Of a stretch of DNA of 64,000 nt, positions 25,622 through 39,600 are shown in pieces; the stretch's first letter is position 1, and the number at the start of each line of letters is the position of its first letter. The notes beneath the pieces are model-generated. The model did no database searches. It was not told where the DNA came from and worked only from the letters and a program-made list of their open reading frames with translations. The position numbers and the translations under genes were made by a program. Source of the stretch: Balanoglossus misakiensis (lineage: Eukaryota; Animalia; Hemichordata); contig CM082595.2 of NCBI GenBank assembly GCA_040954595.2, positions 1,263,690 through 1,327,689 on the forward strand. Direction: 5' to 3'.

Positions 25622-26020
25622 GCTGTGTTCAACAAGTAAATGAGCAGCTAACACTATGTGGGTCAAGAGTTGTAGCAACTGAATGAATGTACAACAGACG
25701 GCAGTGAAACCACTTTAGTAGGTCGCCAACCACCTCGGGAGACACCGTGTTTAGGAAAGGAAATCCCATACAAGGAAAGAATTGTCTACATACGCGGCGT
25801 TCAAAGTGACACCTAAACTAATCCAAAACAACACCCGAATCACTCATCTGGAATGGAATTCCTTCCTCTGTTCTCTGGAGAGGATCAAACAAACTCTCTT
25901 CAACAATTTCTTCCCGTCGCCAAAAATATAAAACAAAAACATAACGTCAAAATATTAAAAAACTTTGTTTTAAAATAGTTCCGACGTGAAGTGATACATG
26001 AAGACAGCAGTTCAAAGTCA

Positions 26021-26055
26021 TGACGTCATCATTACTTGTTCTACACTCTGATTGG
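26021..26055 (-). promoter_or_regulatory. Putative FoxL2 proximal promoter: CRE palindrome plus CCAAT box
   Basis: TGACGTCA at 26021-26028 and CTGATTGG (CCAATCAG on the minus strand) at 26048-26055, about 400 bp upstream of the ATG. Confidence 0.45.
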
Positions 26056-29000
26056 TCAACACTTTCAACAAATCTGTTTTTCCTCCGATTACTTCAAGAG
26101 TAGTAATTTCACTGTACGATTGCAGGGGAATTATAAGTTCTTTCAATTTTTATAACTGTTAGAAGACGAAACACACCCCAAAAAGCGTTCAAATTCGATG
26201 TCAGAAGTGAACACTCACAAGTTAGCGTTAGCGTACCCGGAAAGTGATATTGCGTCACCGTTTAAAAAATCTTGGGAAAATTCGTTACGCTTTTGACAAA
26301 CTTCAAACTTGCAACATTCTGTTATATGCAGGTATCTATGTTTACTACAATTTGCGTCACGCATAAAATATACGAAATATAGAAATGACAAAAACACTTA
26401 ATTGATAATGTGTTATTTTGAGATGAGAAGTTCTTTTTCTTCTTCAGATCTTTCAGCTAAAATTGACTCATTGGCATATGTCAGGTACCAGTTGGCACAT
26501 ATCTAATTGAACAGCATCCGCCATAAAACATGTATAGATTTCATTACAAGAAATATAATACGATCTGGAGGTCATAGGACAGTGACCTGAAACCAATTTG
26601 ATAATGAGCGAAGGTTTACTATCAATTCACTATTGTTCCAATATCTATCTGTTATCGGATAATATGTCAAATTTAGAAGGCTGTCGACATTTGGGCCGTA
26701 TAATACTTAGATAAAGTTTTATAGTTTCTCAGCGTAAAACGAGGTCTTTCTAATAGCTATAGCTTTTAGGTATTTTTTCAACCCCTTTGTTTTATTAACA
26801 GAGATTCTTCATTGATCTCAAAAGCATGATATGAAATGTACAAAGTGCATTGCTTTTCTTGAAAACTGAAGATGCTGAAAAACTGCCGAGTAAGCAGTTT
26901 TCGTAAATATTTTTTCTATGGGTAAAACACATCATTAAGTTTATCTCAAAATCGAGCAGTTTAGGCGAGCACTGAATTGTTATATTCCGACTGATTTATG
27001 TGTAGTGCTTGGTGAAATTGAAATAGTAGAAATTGCTTTTAAAAGTTCTAATTCCGCTATCCCATAGTGCGCGTACATCCTAATAATCGATCCTAGTTTG
27101 AGGATGTCAAATTGGCCTCTCTTGGTGTAAGGTTACCCGGATGTCGAATGAGTGACAACCATGTCAATGTTTTTCATTGTCGCGAGATTATAGGTCAATA
27201 CTGTTTCCGTAATGTTATCAAAATGAGAAATGGCTACGCCGACATATCTGCACCGGCGCCGTAAAATATCAACATGGTGTCAAAATATTTCCAAAACAAA
27301 TCAGATTACTCTCTGTATTAGATACAGTTTGGGGTTTTATCACTCTGATATGATGAATTTGAGATTTATAGTTCTCCCCATTTAATGTGTCACTCCCCCT
27401 GCACCTGTTCCATTGTTGATGACGTCAGAATACTAGTCTACAAGTGTTTATCGAAATTAGAAGAAAGTAAATCGGTCAAAGATTTTCGCAAAATGATATT
27501 CTTTTCTTCATAATTTTGATTTTGGCACGATCAGACGACAACGAAATAGGATTGATTTTGAAAACCGTACAAATATCTAAGGGCGTTCACTGTCTTAATT
27601 CAAGTTGACTTTTCAGCGTTTTCCTGTTGCAATATAAATATAATAGCGAAAAGCAAAATATTGTGTTAGAACTTCGAGTATCTGATGTGAAGTATAGGCT
27701 GACACGTCTGTCTTCCGCGCATGCTCAGTCCTTACGCCATTGGCTGGTCGAAGAATGGCTGCTGCTGTCTTTAGCAGTTTATTCCAATGATCGTTCATTT
27801 ACCGTTTGAAATTCCACATGCCGACAGACCAGTTCAGTTTAGAATCGAAAGAAACGCGTCAGTCTGGATTCCAGACTAACAGGGAACATTATTTTGAATT
27901 TAAAATTTCAGTCACAGATTAACTCAATGGAACGCCTTGACGAAGGTTTAAGGAGTTTACTATGAAATGGTTGATAGCATTTTAAAGATAAACTGTTGAA
28001 GACAGCTTAACATGAACCTCTACGGGGATTCACTTTAGGGAAAACAAGGGATTGGCAGACACGTGACTGCCTATCAACAACAAATAGTCAATGTAACAGG
28101 CACATGTGTAGGACAGCTGATGACGACACGGAAAATCACATTCCCATGACAAAAATGTTTATATTAACGTCAGAAATAATGTTATATGGCTAAAAATAAC
28201 AATATTTACAGCTATGTTATCAACAAGAGATGGATCAGATGATGTGTTATGTTAACAAAACCATCGACCGCCGTTCCTCTGTCTAAATACCACTCTATTC
28301 CAATTGGAATTATTCCAGGAATGTTCAAAACCGAATCCACATGGCAACGACTACGTGCATTTCATTGTAAAATTATGTATTCATCCTAAAATTAGCTGAT
28401 CAATCACAGACCATAAACCCTAGAATGGTCAACTTGAAGTACAAAGTAAGCCTTTTATATCAGAACAGATTTATCCCATGCACATCAAATACAAAGCGAC
28501 AGTTCCACGCACATCAATAAATCAAGGTTTCGCTCGCAATGCAACAGAGAATTAGGATATGTTGGTCTGAAAATTTGGACGAATATCAGCCATCAACTGT
28601 CGCCCCCTAGAGTCGAGGGGATATAACTGCTGCCCTCAATGTCGATAAACCTGATTTGATGCAACGGCCTTGTTTGTAATACATGTCCAAATGATAGCAT
28701 ACATGATTCGGAAAACAGATAGTTCCTTGCCCTTCAAACCAGCTTTAGATAGTTCATAAATGCAAACAGTGGCCGACACGATCGAATTTGCCTTTTCAAA
28801 ATCAATATAATGTCTAGAGGTGAGAACTGTTTGCGAAATCCTACTTATTTTCAACAAGTGGGAAAAGCTAGCCGGACTCGGCTAGTAATCTCTCCAATTA
28901 CTAAATACTTTTCAGTCGAAGGCAATATTAATCAAGCAGTGATTTGTCATTCTCTTAAAATCTGTCGTTTCCCCCCTGGGCTCTGTGGAGAAAAATATGC

Positions 29001-29509
29001 AAAGCTAAAAAAACACAACATAAGATTCTTAATGCTAATTTCAACAAAGTCAATTTGTCAACCGGTATTTATGGTCTGGGTTTTCATGAACCATCTCAGT
29101 GTGAAGTTGTCTGCCTCCTGAAGTACTAAAATACTTTCCAGTTGTTAATAGAAACCTGTTGTCCACAAGATATTGAAACTGTTTCAACAAAAATGATATC
29201 CTTTGATTAATTGCCATGGGATATAGGTTACTATGGCGACATACTGCATGATGGGTAAATTCATGGGTGTCGTGAAGGAACTCGTCCCACATCAAATTAG
29301 AGATATGAAGACCCTATTTAATAATTCCAAAGTTTGCACGCTTGCACAATTAGGAATGATCCAAAGCTACGATTATTGACAAATCGAAAGTTGATTGCAT
29401 CGGTAATCAATTTCTAATTACATTATTTGTGACAAGAGAGAGTAGCTGTTTGCTTGACGATTGTGTCAATCATGACGTCATCGCCTTCCGGCGCACTGTA
29501 GACTATATT

Positions 29510-32500
29510 ATGAGAGGAACTTCACACACTGTGCTTTTTGAAGAGGCATCAGTTTCGCCACAAACAACGAACACCATGACATCCGTCGCATCTACCGAGT
29601 CTCCGGTAAACTCTTACACTAATCCCGCGACTCAGACATTATTTGCCGATGTCAACTGGACCATGTATCGAACTACACCAGAACTCTCCGCCACCACCGT
29701 GACAGAACAAACGAACGAGACGGGATTAATCCAGGACACCTGGCAGACAGTGACAGAAGAGATTCTCAACTCAACCCTGGCAGCATTCAACTCGACAGCA
29801 GAGGCGAACGAAACATCCCTCGCCCCTGTAAGCGAAGAAGACGAAATCAGATCGACAAGTACCAATTTTGAAGCACCATTTTTGACTGTCGTCTGTGTAG
29901 TTGGTCTCATCGGCAACATTCTGGTTTTGGCAGTCTATTCTAAGAAGAAATCTCGTCGACATAATGCATCACTATATGTGTTGAATTTAGCCATAGGTAA
30001 CGTACAACCATTCAAGTGTATATTAAACTGGTTATCCTCGGGTAGCTGGCCTTCCCGTAATGATTAAACTTACCTTTTGTTGCATTTTGATTAACAGTCT
30101 TTGTAGAAAGTTTAGGGCAGCCATAAGGTCAGATGCTCTTATTGAAATTTGAGAAAATCTGCGTTGATTTAACCCACTGCGCAAATTCTTCTTTCGAAGA
30201 CTGAAATTTATCAAATACCAGAGCCCGTCATTGTTTTAAAGCACAGAACAATATATTTGTTTTTGAATGATTCTTCAGGTGTTAAACACGATACTAATTC
30301 CTATTTTATTGGATTTCATTAAGTAGCTAATTTTCACTCTCACCTAGTGTCGTGCGCATTCGTGACTGCGTGCATTAATATTGTCAATCATGATATTCTT
30401 GAGAATTGCTCGTGCGGACAAAGACCGGTCGATTCCAAATTCTGTAAAGACTACAGATATTTCACAAAGAAGTAGAAACTGACGTCTTGAGTGGTGACAA
30501 GATACCCATTTTAAAGGAGATACATATCCCGGGTGATGGTCTTATCATCGCCAGTGAGATATCTCTGGCAAGAAGTATCTCATTCCTTGACGTATACACT
30601 TTTTCCCTTTTCCCTGTTATTCTCTTTGGGAATTATCACATTCGTCTGGAAGCATTGCTGCTCATCTCGTTTGAGTTGTGACCTTTAAAAATGCGTTCAA
30701 TTGCAATTCAATGCAATTTGAAACCCACTAACCTTCCAGAACGATTTGTAGCATATCTTTCTTCACTCTGGAATGGCATTGATGATAAAAGTCGTGTGGA
30801 AAATTAATTTTAAGTTGGGACTTGCAAAGCCTACTCTAAATGGTTCTTTTATCAAACACACAATCTTTTCCATTATGTTACTAATTCTCGGAGGGTTGAA
30901 CACGGCCAATGCCATTAATGTTCTCCACATGTAGGATTTAACAATCAACAAATGTGCTTTTTTGTACAGAACAATCGAACCGAATCTGTTCAATCGATCA
31001 GTGGCAGATAAGAGAACATTAAATGATAATAAACTTGTAGGTTTGATCGAATAACTTAATTTCTTTACCAGATATTAGATTGTGTGACACAGCTTAGTGG
31101 GGTTATTATTAATACATAGGACTTTGTTCCAATAAGCGAATATCTGGGTCACTGTGTTGGTAACCTTCTAAAAAATGCGTCACTGGTGATTTGACCAACA
31201 TTTTGATTGACAGGAACCATTTCAGGTTGTCATGGTAATTGCTTGTTTGTTAGCGAGAAACCAAGTATGCCTCCAAGATTTTCTGCGGCGTCACGCTGTA
31301 CACTAAGAATTCCCTCAAATGATTTCTGTGGCAGATTATTACTTAAGTTATCTGGCCGCTTTTAAGTCAAACTGAGGGTGGGCACTTTTTAATGGGGTGA
31401 TGAGAGATGAATATCTTAAGACATGCTTGATGTGCCTTTAGATTTTTCTGATAAATCCATTCCTTCACCCATTAAAGTATTTGGATCAAGTCGAAGTCAT
31501 AACCGCTCATTATTTGACACCGAATATTTTATAACCCATTATACATTGTAATCATGTTAATGGTACATTCCCCCATCCAGCATCTTTTCTTGTGAACGGG
31601 AAATGAGCGCTTTAAACTAAGAACCTTTCGTCTTTAGCGTCTTTTTGGAATGTAGCTAAACGGATGAAGCAAAACTAAACATTCGATCAACGATGAAATA
31701 GTGCATACTATACAACTGAATCGTGAAACAATCCAGAAAAGGTTAAAGAATCATAGATATATTGGAAATTATATTGGCGTCATCGTCAATGTCATCGATA
31801 AACATGATGTTTATCCAAATACACAGTGTTTTCAGTAATCATATACCTTTAGGTATCGTTATGTTTGTCAAGTAAAAGTGTTTTGGTAGTAAATGTACCC
31901 TTGGGGCTCGCGCACTTCAGCAAATATCGAGCAATCGCTGAAATCCGTCGCAATGTGATTCCAAGGCGGCGTCAATCAATGTCACGTGGTTCCTAGAAGT
32001 AGGAGTCGAAGGAAAACGATTTTTCCCCAATCGTTATCGGCTTGTCCATTTTGCATAAGATATCAATGTCTGTCACAAACAGATCTAATAACTACTGACT
32101 TTAATGCGGCAAACTTCGGGGATTTTCAGTGTGAAAAGTTGAGTAACAGAATTTCCGTTAAAAATCGAAGTAGCTAATCCGTTCGATTGCTGGAAAGTTG
32201 AAGTGTAGAATAGTCATATATTCAATGATCGATATGCAAATCAATAGAAAATGTCGTCACCTTTTTTTATTTTGAAAGTGACGTGTTGGTCTCAAATTCT
32301 TAAAATTCTGGTTAGAATCACCTTTTATCAATTATTTTTTTTCTTGTAGCCTTTTATACATCAAAACCCTTCTTCTATATTTCAGGCGATCTTCTGGCTC
32401 TGGTTGTTGTGGCGTTTCACATCACCGAATTTTATCGTCCAAGCTGGTCTGTTTTATGGAAGTCTGACGTATCCTGCATCGTGCATAGATTCTCTCGATA

Positions 32501-33375
32501 CGTTGGCTTCAATATCACTGTGCTCACCATGGTTGCCATAGCGATCGATCGATACTTTGCGATTTGCCATCCGGTGAAATTCAAGATTAGTTTCACTCTG
32601 AGAAGAACAACTCTTATCCTGGTGATTCTCTGGTTTCTGTCGCTGGTGGCAGCTTCTCCAACGCTGTTCATGTTCAAGGTAAGGATAACATAAATCTTAG
32701 AAACATTTTAGTCTGGTCTCGGGTCCTACCCCTCTCAACCGCTCACAGCAAACAAGAAACTCTTGTATTTTCTTTCAGGCTGTTTACGGAAGCAGTGATC
32801 TGGGTGACACATACAAAGGAAAATCGGCGTTCGCATGTAAGCTGGATATGCCGGGAGGGAAGTGGTTTCGACATTTCAAGGCTCTGTATTTTAATCTAGT
32901 ATTGTTTTTCATGCCGTCAGTTGTTACTTTCATTCTTAACACGATCACAGTCATTGAAGTTTGGAAAAGCACCAGAACTCTGGCTAGAGGCGACAGCCGT
33001 AAAACAACCTCTAAATACGAGCATGCACACTGGAAAGCAGCTCGAACCCTTCTCGTAGTTTTTGTTGCCTATTTCTTGAGTTATGTTCTTTTATGTACAT
33101 ACAACTTGGTGTTCATTTATTTGCCGGAGAATACTATCGATCCAATGGTCAAAAATGTTGGTTTGTTGTTACCTTACGCCAACAGTTGCATGAATCCGAT
33201 AATATACTCCTTCTTGAATCCGAAATTTCGAGGAGAATGCCGAGTTTTGCTGTGCAGACGACAAGCTCGTGAGAAAACCAGCACTTCTATCTATATTGTG
33301 AAGACAGAAGGGAGCAGTGATATGTATGTAAGTGAAATGTCTGTCAGAAACCCAATCGACATCACAGATGAGTGA
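29510..33375 (+). CDS. Rhodopsin-like (class A) GPCR, peptide-receptor-like, paralog A (exons 29510 or 29576-29996, 32386-32678, 32779-33375)
   Basis: TM1 GLIGNILV, TM2 NLAIGDL, TM3 IAIDRYFAICHP, TM5 FFMP, TM7 YANSCMNPIIYSF. Thr-rich N-terminus with several N-glycosylation sequons. GT-AG introns in phases 1 and 0. Confidence 0.92.
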
Positions 33376-34327
33376 TCAGGCTAACTCCACAGCCCCATAT
33401 TTAAAAAGTGCATCGGTCTAGTTATTATATTAATACCTTCAAATCGTGATCACCAAACCAGGTCAGTACCAACGTCAATATACACCATTCAAAGAATCTA
33501 GAAAAGTATGCCACAAGTTCTCCGTGCAATAGTACATTTACATTATTAACAGCTTCGAGTTTGGTAAATTCCTCTTCCTCAAACCTAATCGGTGGTTGTA
33601 TTCAGCTCCAGTGGTATTACCAGACAATTATGCCCAGCCCCCCTCGGGCACACTTACAGCCTTGTCACCAGGTCGACAAATTCAAAGCCTTAATGCGGTT
33701 CAAAACTCTCATTAGGTGTCGTATCCTCTATTTCCCCCGGGATAACATCACCCCTTTAAATGTTAAATGTATCCGCGTGACGTTGTCCTTGAAAGCCTGA
33801 TTAATACAAACACAGAAATTCACAAAAAAACTATATTTAATTGAACCATAGACTTTATCCTGCTAATATCTATGGCTGAACCCCCGCTCCGTTTCTTTCT
33901 TGGTTACCTGGCCTCTTCCAAAGGATTCACCATTCAAGCCTGATGCAGTTGTTGTTAATATGGAGTGAAAATATTCATGTTTCTGATTTTCTTTCTTGTT
34001 ATATTATATTTTGTTACCTAATTAACATCGAATGTCATTGCACTGGTCGGATCAATCATTTGTAATTATATTACACTATCATACAATGCATCAAAGCTGT
34101 TGTTTTTTAGTATATTCAGGTGTATATTGAATGACGCTTGTTTTTGAGTTATGTCAGATATATATTAGCATATTATCGGATTGTATTTATAGCACTTTAA
34201 GTCAAGAGTTATTATACTAAATGTGATATAATCTTTAGTATGTATTTATCAAAGATTTATTGTGTGTGAGTGTATATATGATATATGCGCTGTATTACTG
34301 GTCAGTTTGGTGTAAATACACGAATCC

Positions 34328-34381
34328 ACACTCGTCAGATGCTATTGCCTTGTGCCTGGGGCAATAGTATCTGACGAGTGT
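34328..34381. repeat. Near-perfect inverted repeat (22-bp arms, 10-nt loop)
   Basis: acactcgtcagatgctattgcc / ggcaatagtatctgacgagtgt, with one G-T mismatch. Confidence 0.85.
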
Positions 34382-35644
34382 AGGGTCACACTGAACAGCT
34401 CGTTTGCGTTTCGAGTCTGTTAGTATCTCCACGCTCTTTCTTTGTCTCTAATGTGAAGAAAACACCGTTCAAATTCAATTAATTCTCACACGCCATTGAG
34501 GGATACAGCATGATAGTGCCGCTACGCTGTTTTGCGGATTAAACATGATCATTTTCGGTGCCACACGTCTCATCATCTGAGATGGTTCGATTTGCTTTCT
34601 TCCGGAAGGATGTGGTGGTCCTGAGGAGAGCCGCTTGGTTTAGGGTGAGTTAACCTTCCAATGCATCCTATACAAAATTCATGTTTAATAGAATGGTAAC
34701 CATAGCAATGGTGGAAATCATACTGTTAACGTTCCTTCTTGACTTCCGCAAATATATCGTCTGACAAAAAGAGATAGGTGATCCATTTACTAATACGTCG
34801 CCGTTCTTGTATCCTTCGCACATGGGGTGCCTTCAAGATTATACACACTCTCTAACAAGCAAGCACGTGCACAAAATATAATATGCTATCTGGATGAAGA
34901 CCGTGATTGGATAACAATTATAATAAACCGTGACGTGGCCAAGCACGGTTTTAATTTGAATTGAAGAGACTATTCCTGATTGGTCGAAACAAATGAACAG
35001 ATGTTCCCAAATTTCCATTCGGTACATGCTGTTTTATTTGAGGACTTTGACAGTGTCGAGTCGCTCATTATGACCGAAACTGGGAAACTTCAACCAATTT
35101 TATCCAGGTAATAGCAGCATATATTGCTTTCCTCTTGTGTTTCAGTACTTGAAGACATTGGTGATTCATGCGTAACTCTTAACATACAGTATTTTTTATT
35201 CCAAGCGATTCATTCGGGCACGAATACGACGTGGCAAATCGAGCATCGGTGCACAGGTGTACCCTAACCGTCAAAAGGTCACGATGGTCACAGAAATGGC
35301 GTCATTTCTCAATCAAAGGAGGATTTTTGACTCGCCGCGACTGTCCAAGTACACACGCAGAAGGTTAGTGACAAATTTGGGTAATTCTGAGAATTTTCTT
35401 GAATAACGAATAAGCTGGAAAACATGTGCTCCATTATAAGCCGGTGAGAGAGGTAAGGCGTGGGCAATACAGCCTCGTAGAAAGGTAGTCGTTGAGTCAA
35501 ATATCCACGTATACGAAGCAGAATAGGGACTATTTTATCATGCTTGCGTATAACCCCTGAAAACTGTCAGATTTAATTTGCTGGTAGGGACAAGGTAATC
35601 CGCAGTACATCGCAATCGACCGTTTTCCGAACTCCACGAGACGG

Positions 35645-35697
35645 TAATTAACCAAAATCTCACGAGATCTTAATTAACCCAAATCTCACGAGATCTC
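35645..35697. repeat. 26-bp tandem duplication containing TCTCACGAGA
   Basis: taattaaccaaaatctcacgagatct followed directly by taattaacccaaatctcacgagatct. Confidence 0.8.
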
Positions 35698-36628
35698 CCA
35701 ATGAGCGGAAACTCATCGACATGTATTGTTGTGTCGTAAAGAATCAAGTGCTACGTGAAGCAGCGATCGTTTGTGTCTGGAGTGATTTCAGGTTATTGGT
35801 CTCAGCATGAGTTCTCCAGATTCAATATTCGATGTTTCCCCTTCCAAAGTAATCACAGTGATTCCTTTTCAAATTGGTTTGATCAAAAGGGGACTTGAGA
35901 GTGGTTGACGTCACCATTATCTGAGATTGTACAACCAAAGAGTTCGTAACCTTTATCAGATATTGGTTTGTAGCAATAACATATTTCTATGTTTCTTCGA
36001 TAAGTATTGTCGTTCAGGCCTGGTAATCATTCAAGCCAACACGTCAACAAGGTCAAACCGATCGAGTCTGTTTGAAAGTATTAGAAGGAAGCCTTGTAAG
36101 GATCCTGTTAGAAGTAACAGGAAGTTCTTCGGTCTTTGTTCCCTAAGTGGAACTGGAAGCTAGCTATTCTCCACAACAGGGAAGTTCAACTCTTGTATCT
36201 TCCTTAAAAGTGTTTTGCATTGTCCACTGTACTGGACTATCCTTGAAAATGTGTGAATTTAATTCAACTCAACTGATATTAGGCAGAAGACAACATTTCA
36301 AGTACCTGAATATAAATTATGCCATTTAAAACCACTTAAGCAGTTGGGTAAAGTTCGTACATGTTAGATATTCCTTGTGACAAAACAAAGGCATAATAGA
36401 ATCCTAGATGGAGGAGTTCATGAATGTTTTACATTTTTAATATCATTATATCTGAGTTGCATGATGAGAAATTTATTGTTAGTCTCAGGCACTGCAATCA
36501 GGACTCATTTCTATCGAATTACACAGAGCCGCGCACTAATCCGAATCAATTGTATTAATGCGCGCCAGCTTATAAAGGAAGAAACATTCGAAAACGAAGC
36601 TATATCGCCACCTGGGTCGTACGAAAAA

Positions 36629-39600
36629 ATGAACCGCTCAGCTTTAGGGGCTAATGTAACAAACCTGACTTCAATCAACGATGGCCTAACAAGCTTCTCA
36701 GTGACAGATGTGGACTTTATATCTTTATATTCAAATGTCTCAAACAATACTACTGACAGCACTGGTGATCTGACCACTACTAGTGGCGCACGAGCTGGAG
36801 TGCGTTTCGAAGTTCCCCTACTGACGACCATATGTGTCATCGGTATGTTAGGAAACTTCATTGTTTTGATGGTACACTCACAAAGACGCTTGCGACGGAC
36901 TAATGCATCGCTGTACATCTCAAACCTAGCCTTAGGTAAGGTCATATTTTATCATAGCCGTCTATTAGAAACACTTGTCATACCCAGAGGAAAAAACAAT
37001 TTCATTATCCATGTATCTTAGCTACTGCTGGGCAGGAAGAGAGACAATAGTAAAACTGATGTTAAGATAAACTGACTCTCTGCCAGACGAGGAATAACAA
37101 ACTAAACTGGTCCAATTTGCGGAAATATGTTGTCCAAAGTCTATATAGCATTATCTAATAATGTTCTGCTGGTTGTCTGTCAAATCAGATGGTGCAGGCC
37201 TGCCTACCAGAATGTGCAGTCACTGTTATGTACAAGTTATGATAATTACGCATTTGAAGTCAGTGCATTGTCACTGAACATAACATCGAGGAGCTCAACT
37301 CTCCAAGTTTCATCGACGCCAGTCAATTTAGTTTCTTTCAAATATCCAAACGTAAGCGTAGAAAATAGAAGTTGAGTAACAATGCAATATTTCAGTAATT
37401 CTGTAGTGCCAATATACTGGTACTAGTAGTTGATAATCCGGGCCTAATCGAGTCATTATAAATTGCTGATACTGATGGAAAATCTTGTATTCTGCCTCTC
37501 CTGGTCTATCATAAAAAATTGAAAGATAAGAAGAGTAGTTTTTCAAAAATATAAAACGCTGAGAAATATTTGCGAAGACCCATCTTAATTTATTAACGCA
37601 GATGAGAAATAGGCCTGAATTTTCAATTTCAGAATTTGAAAGGAGATCCAAAAAGTAATGTTGGAGTTGGATATGCGAGCTCCCTTGGTGATGGCTCGGT
37701 TTTTAGTTTCTAATCAGGGGATGTTGTACGTGGAAATTAACTCTAGTTGAAATCAATCATGACAAGCAACTTCATCTCTCTATTGTTCCTGTCCAGAGAT
37801 GTATTGACCGTGTAAAGAGATCAGTAGATTAATTTTCAATGAAGCGTGAAAACTTAAAAGTCATGGTATTTCTTGGTGATCGCTTCATATTGTAAATCAA
37901 CGACCCATTGAAGTTCGTCTATGAATGATGTCATGTGCTTACTCAATCAGCAATCAGTTGAATGTCTTTTACATGTATACACATCTCTTGGGATGGTTCA
38001 ACATCATGTATAGGCTTACCATTCATTCTCCTAATATCTATCAGACACCAAATTGCTGTCCCAGTCCAGGCGATAAGTGATTTGCTCCAAAATACAGTGG
38101 TAGCTGGTTACCTGGGAATATAACGTCATTATTACCTCAAAGATAGTAGTAGTTTCTTGGGAATTCACTGAGCGCGCCCCGAGACTGAGAGAGCGCGGAT
38201 TATCCCCAAAGCCACGTGTGTGTCACGTGCCACCAATAATGGCTGGATGTAAACTAGCTGCTAATCTAATTTACAAAATGATGAGGCCAATGCATTTTGT
38301 ACCTTCGCAACTATAATGATTTTAAATTATTTCTATTACGGTCAGTATTTTATAGTGTACAGGATATCTACTCGATTCGATTAAACTTCTCATCAAGATA
38401 TGTTCTCTTCTTGAGAATTGTTTAGAAGAGTGAACAATGTTTAATGCATGGAAGGTCCTAGACATGTCAATGGTGATACAAATTGTTGTAATTTAGAGGC
38501 AATGCGGGCAAAAATACGCATGTTTCCCATCTTCTCGGGATTTATTTAAGCCACACAGTTCGATTCAAGACACAATGATGTAAACTAAACAGACGTTGAA
38601 GCTTTCAACGCCAGAAATGAGCCGAATTCAATTTCGATTCATTCAAAATATTCTGTCAGGTGTAAATCACTTCAACTGTGATAAATATTGCTTTTGGTCT
38701 TTTCATTGTGCATCATAATCAAATGGCCTATTGCTGTAAATAAAAGAAGAAGATAACTTTTAGGAAATTTAATTGGCTTTTCCTTTTATGCCCAAGAATC
38801 TTCCGTTTCAGATTTCCTTCGACTAAACAAAAATGGTCACCAGAATTGACATCATTCATAAATAATCGCCGTATCACTCGCAGCATGAAGCTTAGTCTCA
38901 CAAGTAAAAATTATTACTGAAAACTCAGGCTGCAATGTTTCCATGGCTACTGACGTCATCTTTCTTGCATGTGTCAAATATATGTACACTGTTCACGGGC
39001 ATTGGTATTGACATTAATATTATGTGGTGAGCAGAGGAGCATATTAAGGTTTTGAAGAGAGAAAATTATTTCATAACTAAAACACAATGCAAATTAATTA
39101 TCTATCCCGTGGAACACAGTACTAACCATAAAGTGTTAAAGCAGTCGTTTTTGAGGAAAGATGGGATGTATTTTGGACATATTCGGTTTATTTTATATAC
39201 TACTTATATATGTTTCATTCCAACCTAGTGGGCACTGACGTCGTTGAATCAGTTTATGGTTTGAATTACGTCATAAGTCTTTTCTAATGCAATAATCGAC
39301 CATATGTGCACACGAAATAGAAAAGTAATTACAACAATCCGTAAGATGTGGGTTTTGTCGAACTGAAAATAGCGAGGTATGAATAATCGTTGAAGTGTTA
39401 TGGGACACATTTCTTTAAAATGAATCGCTATGTAACACTGAACCATGTCCCGATAAAAGTATTGTCCTCGGGAGATATTTTTTGAACCGGAATATGATTA
39501 CCTTTTGCAATGTCGTTTTTGTGTATGCGCCCCGAAATGCCTCTAAATAAAAAAGTCTCGCGAGATCTCACAATGAACGAAAAAAAACATCTATTCACTT

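Noticed and set aside
36511-36945. 144-aa minus-strand ORF and similar antisense ORFs over FoxL2, GPCR A and anoctamin exons
   Set aside because: Shadow ORFs of real coding exons.
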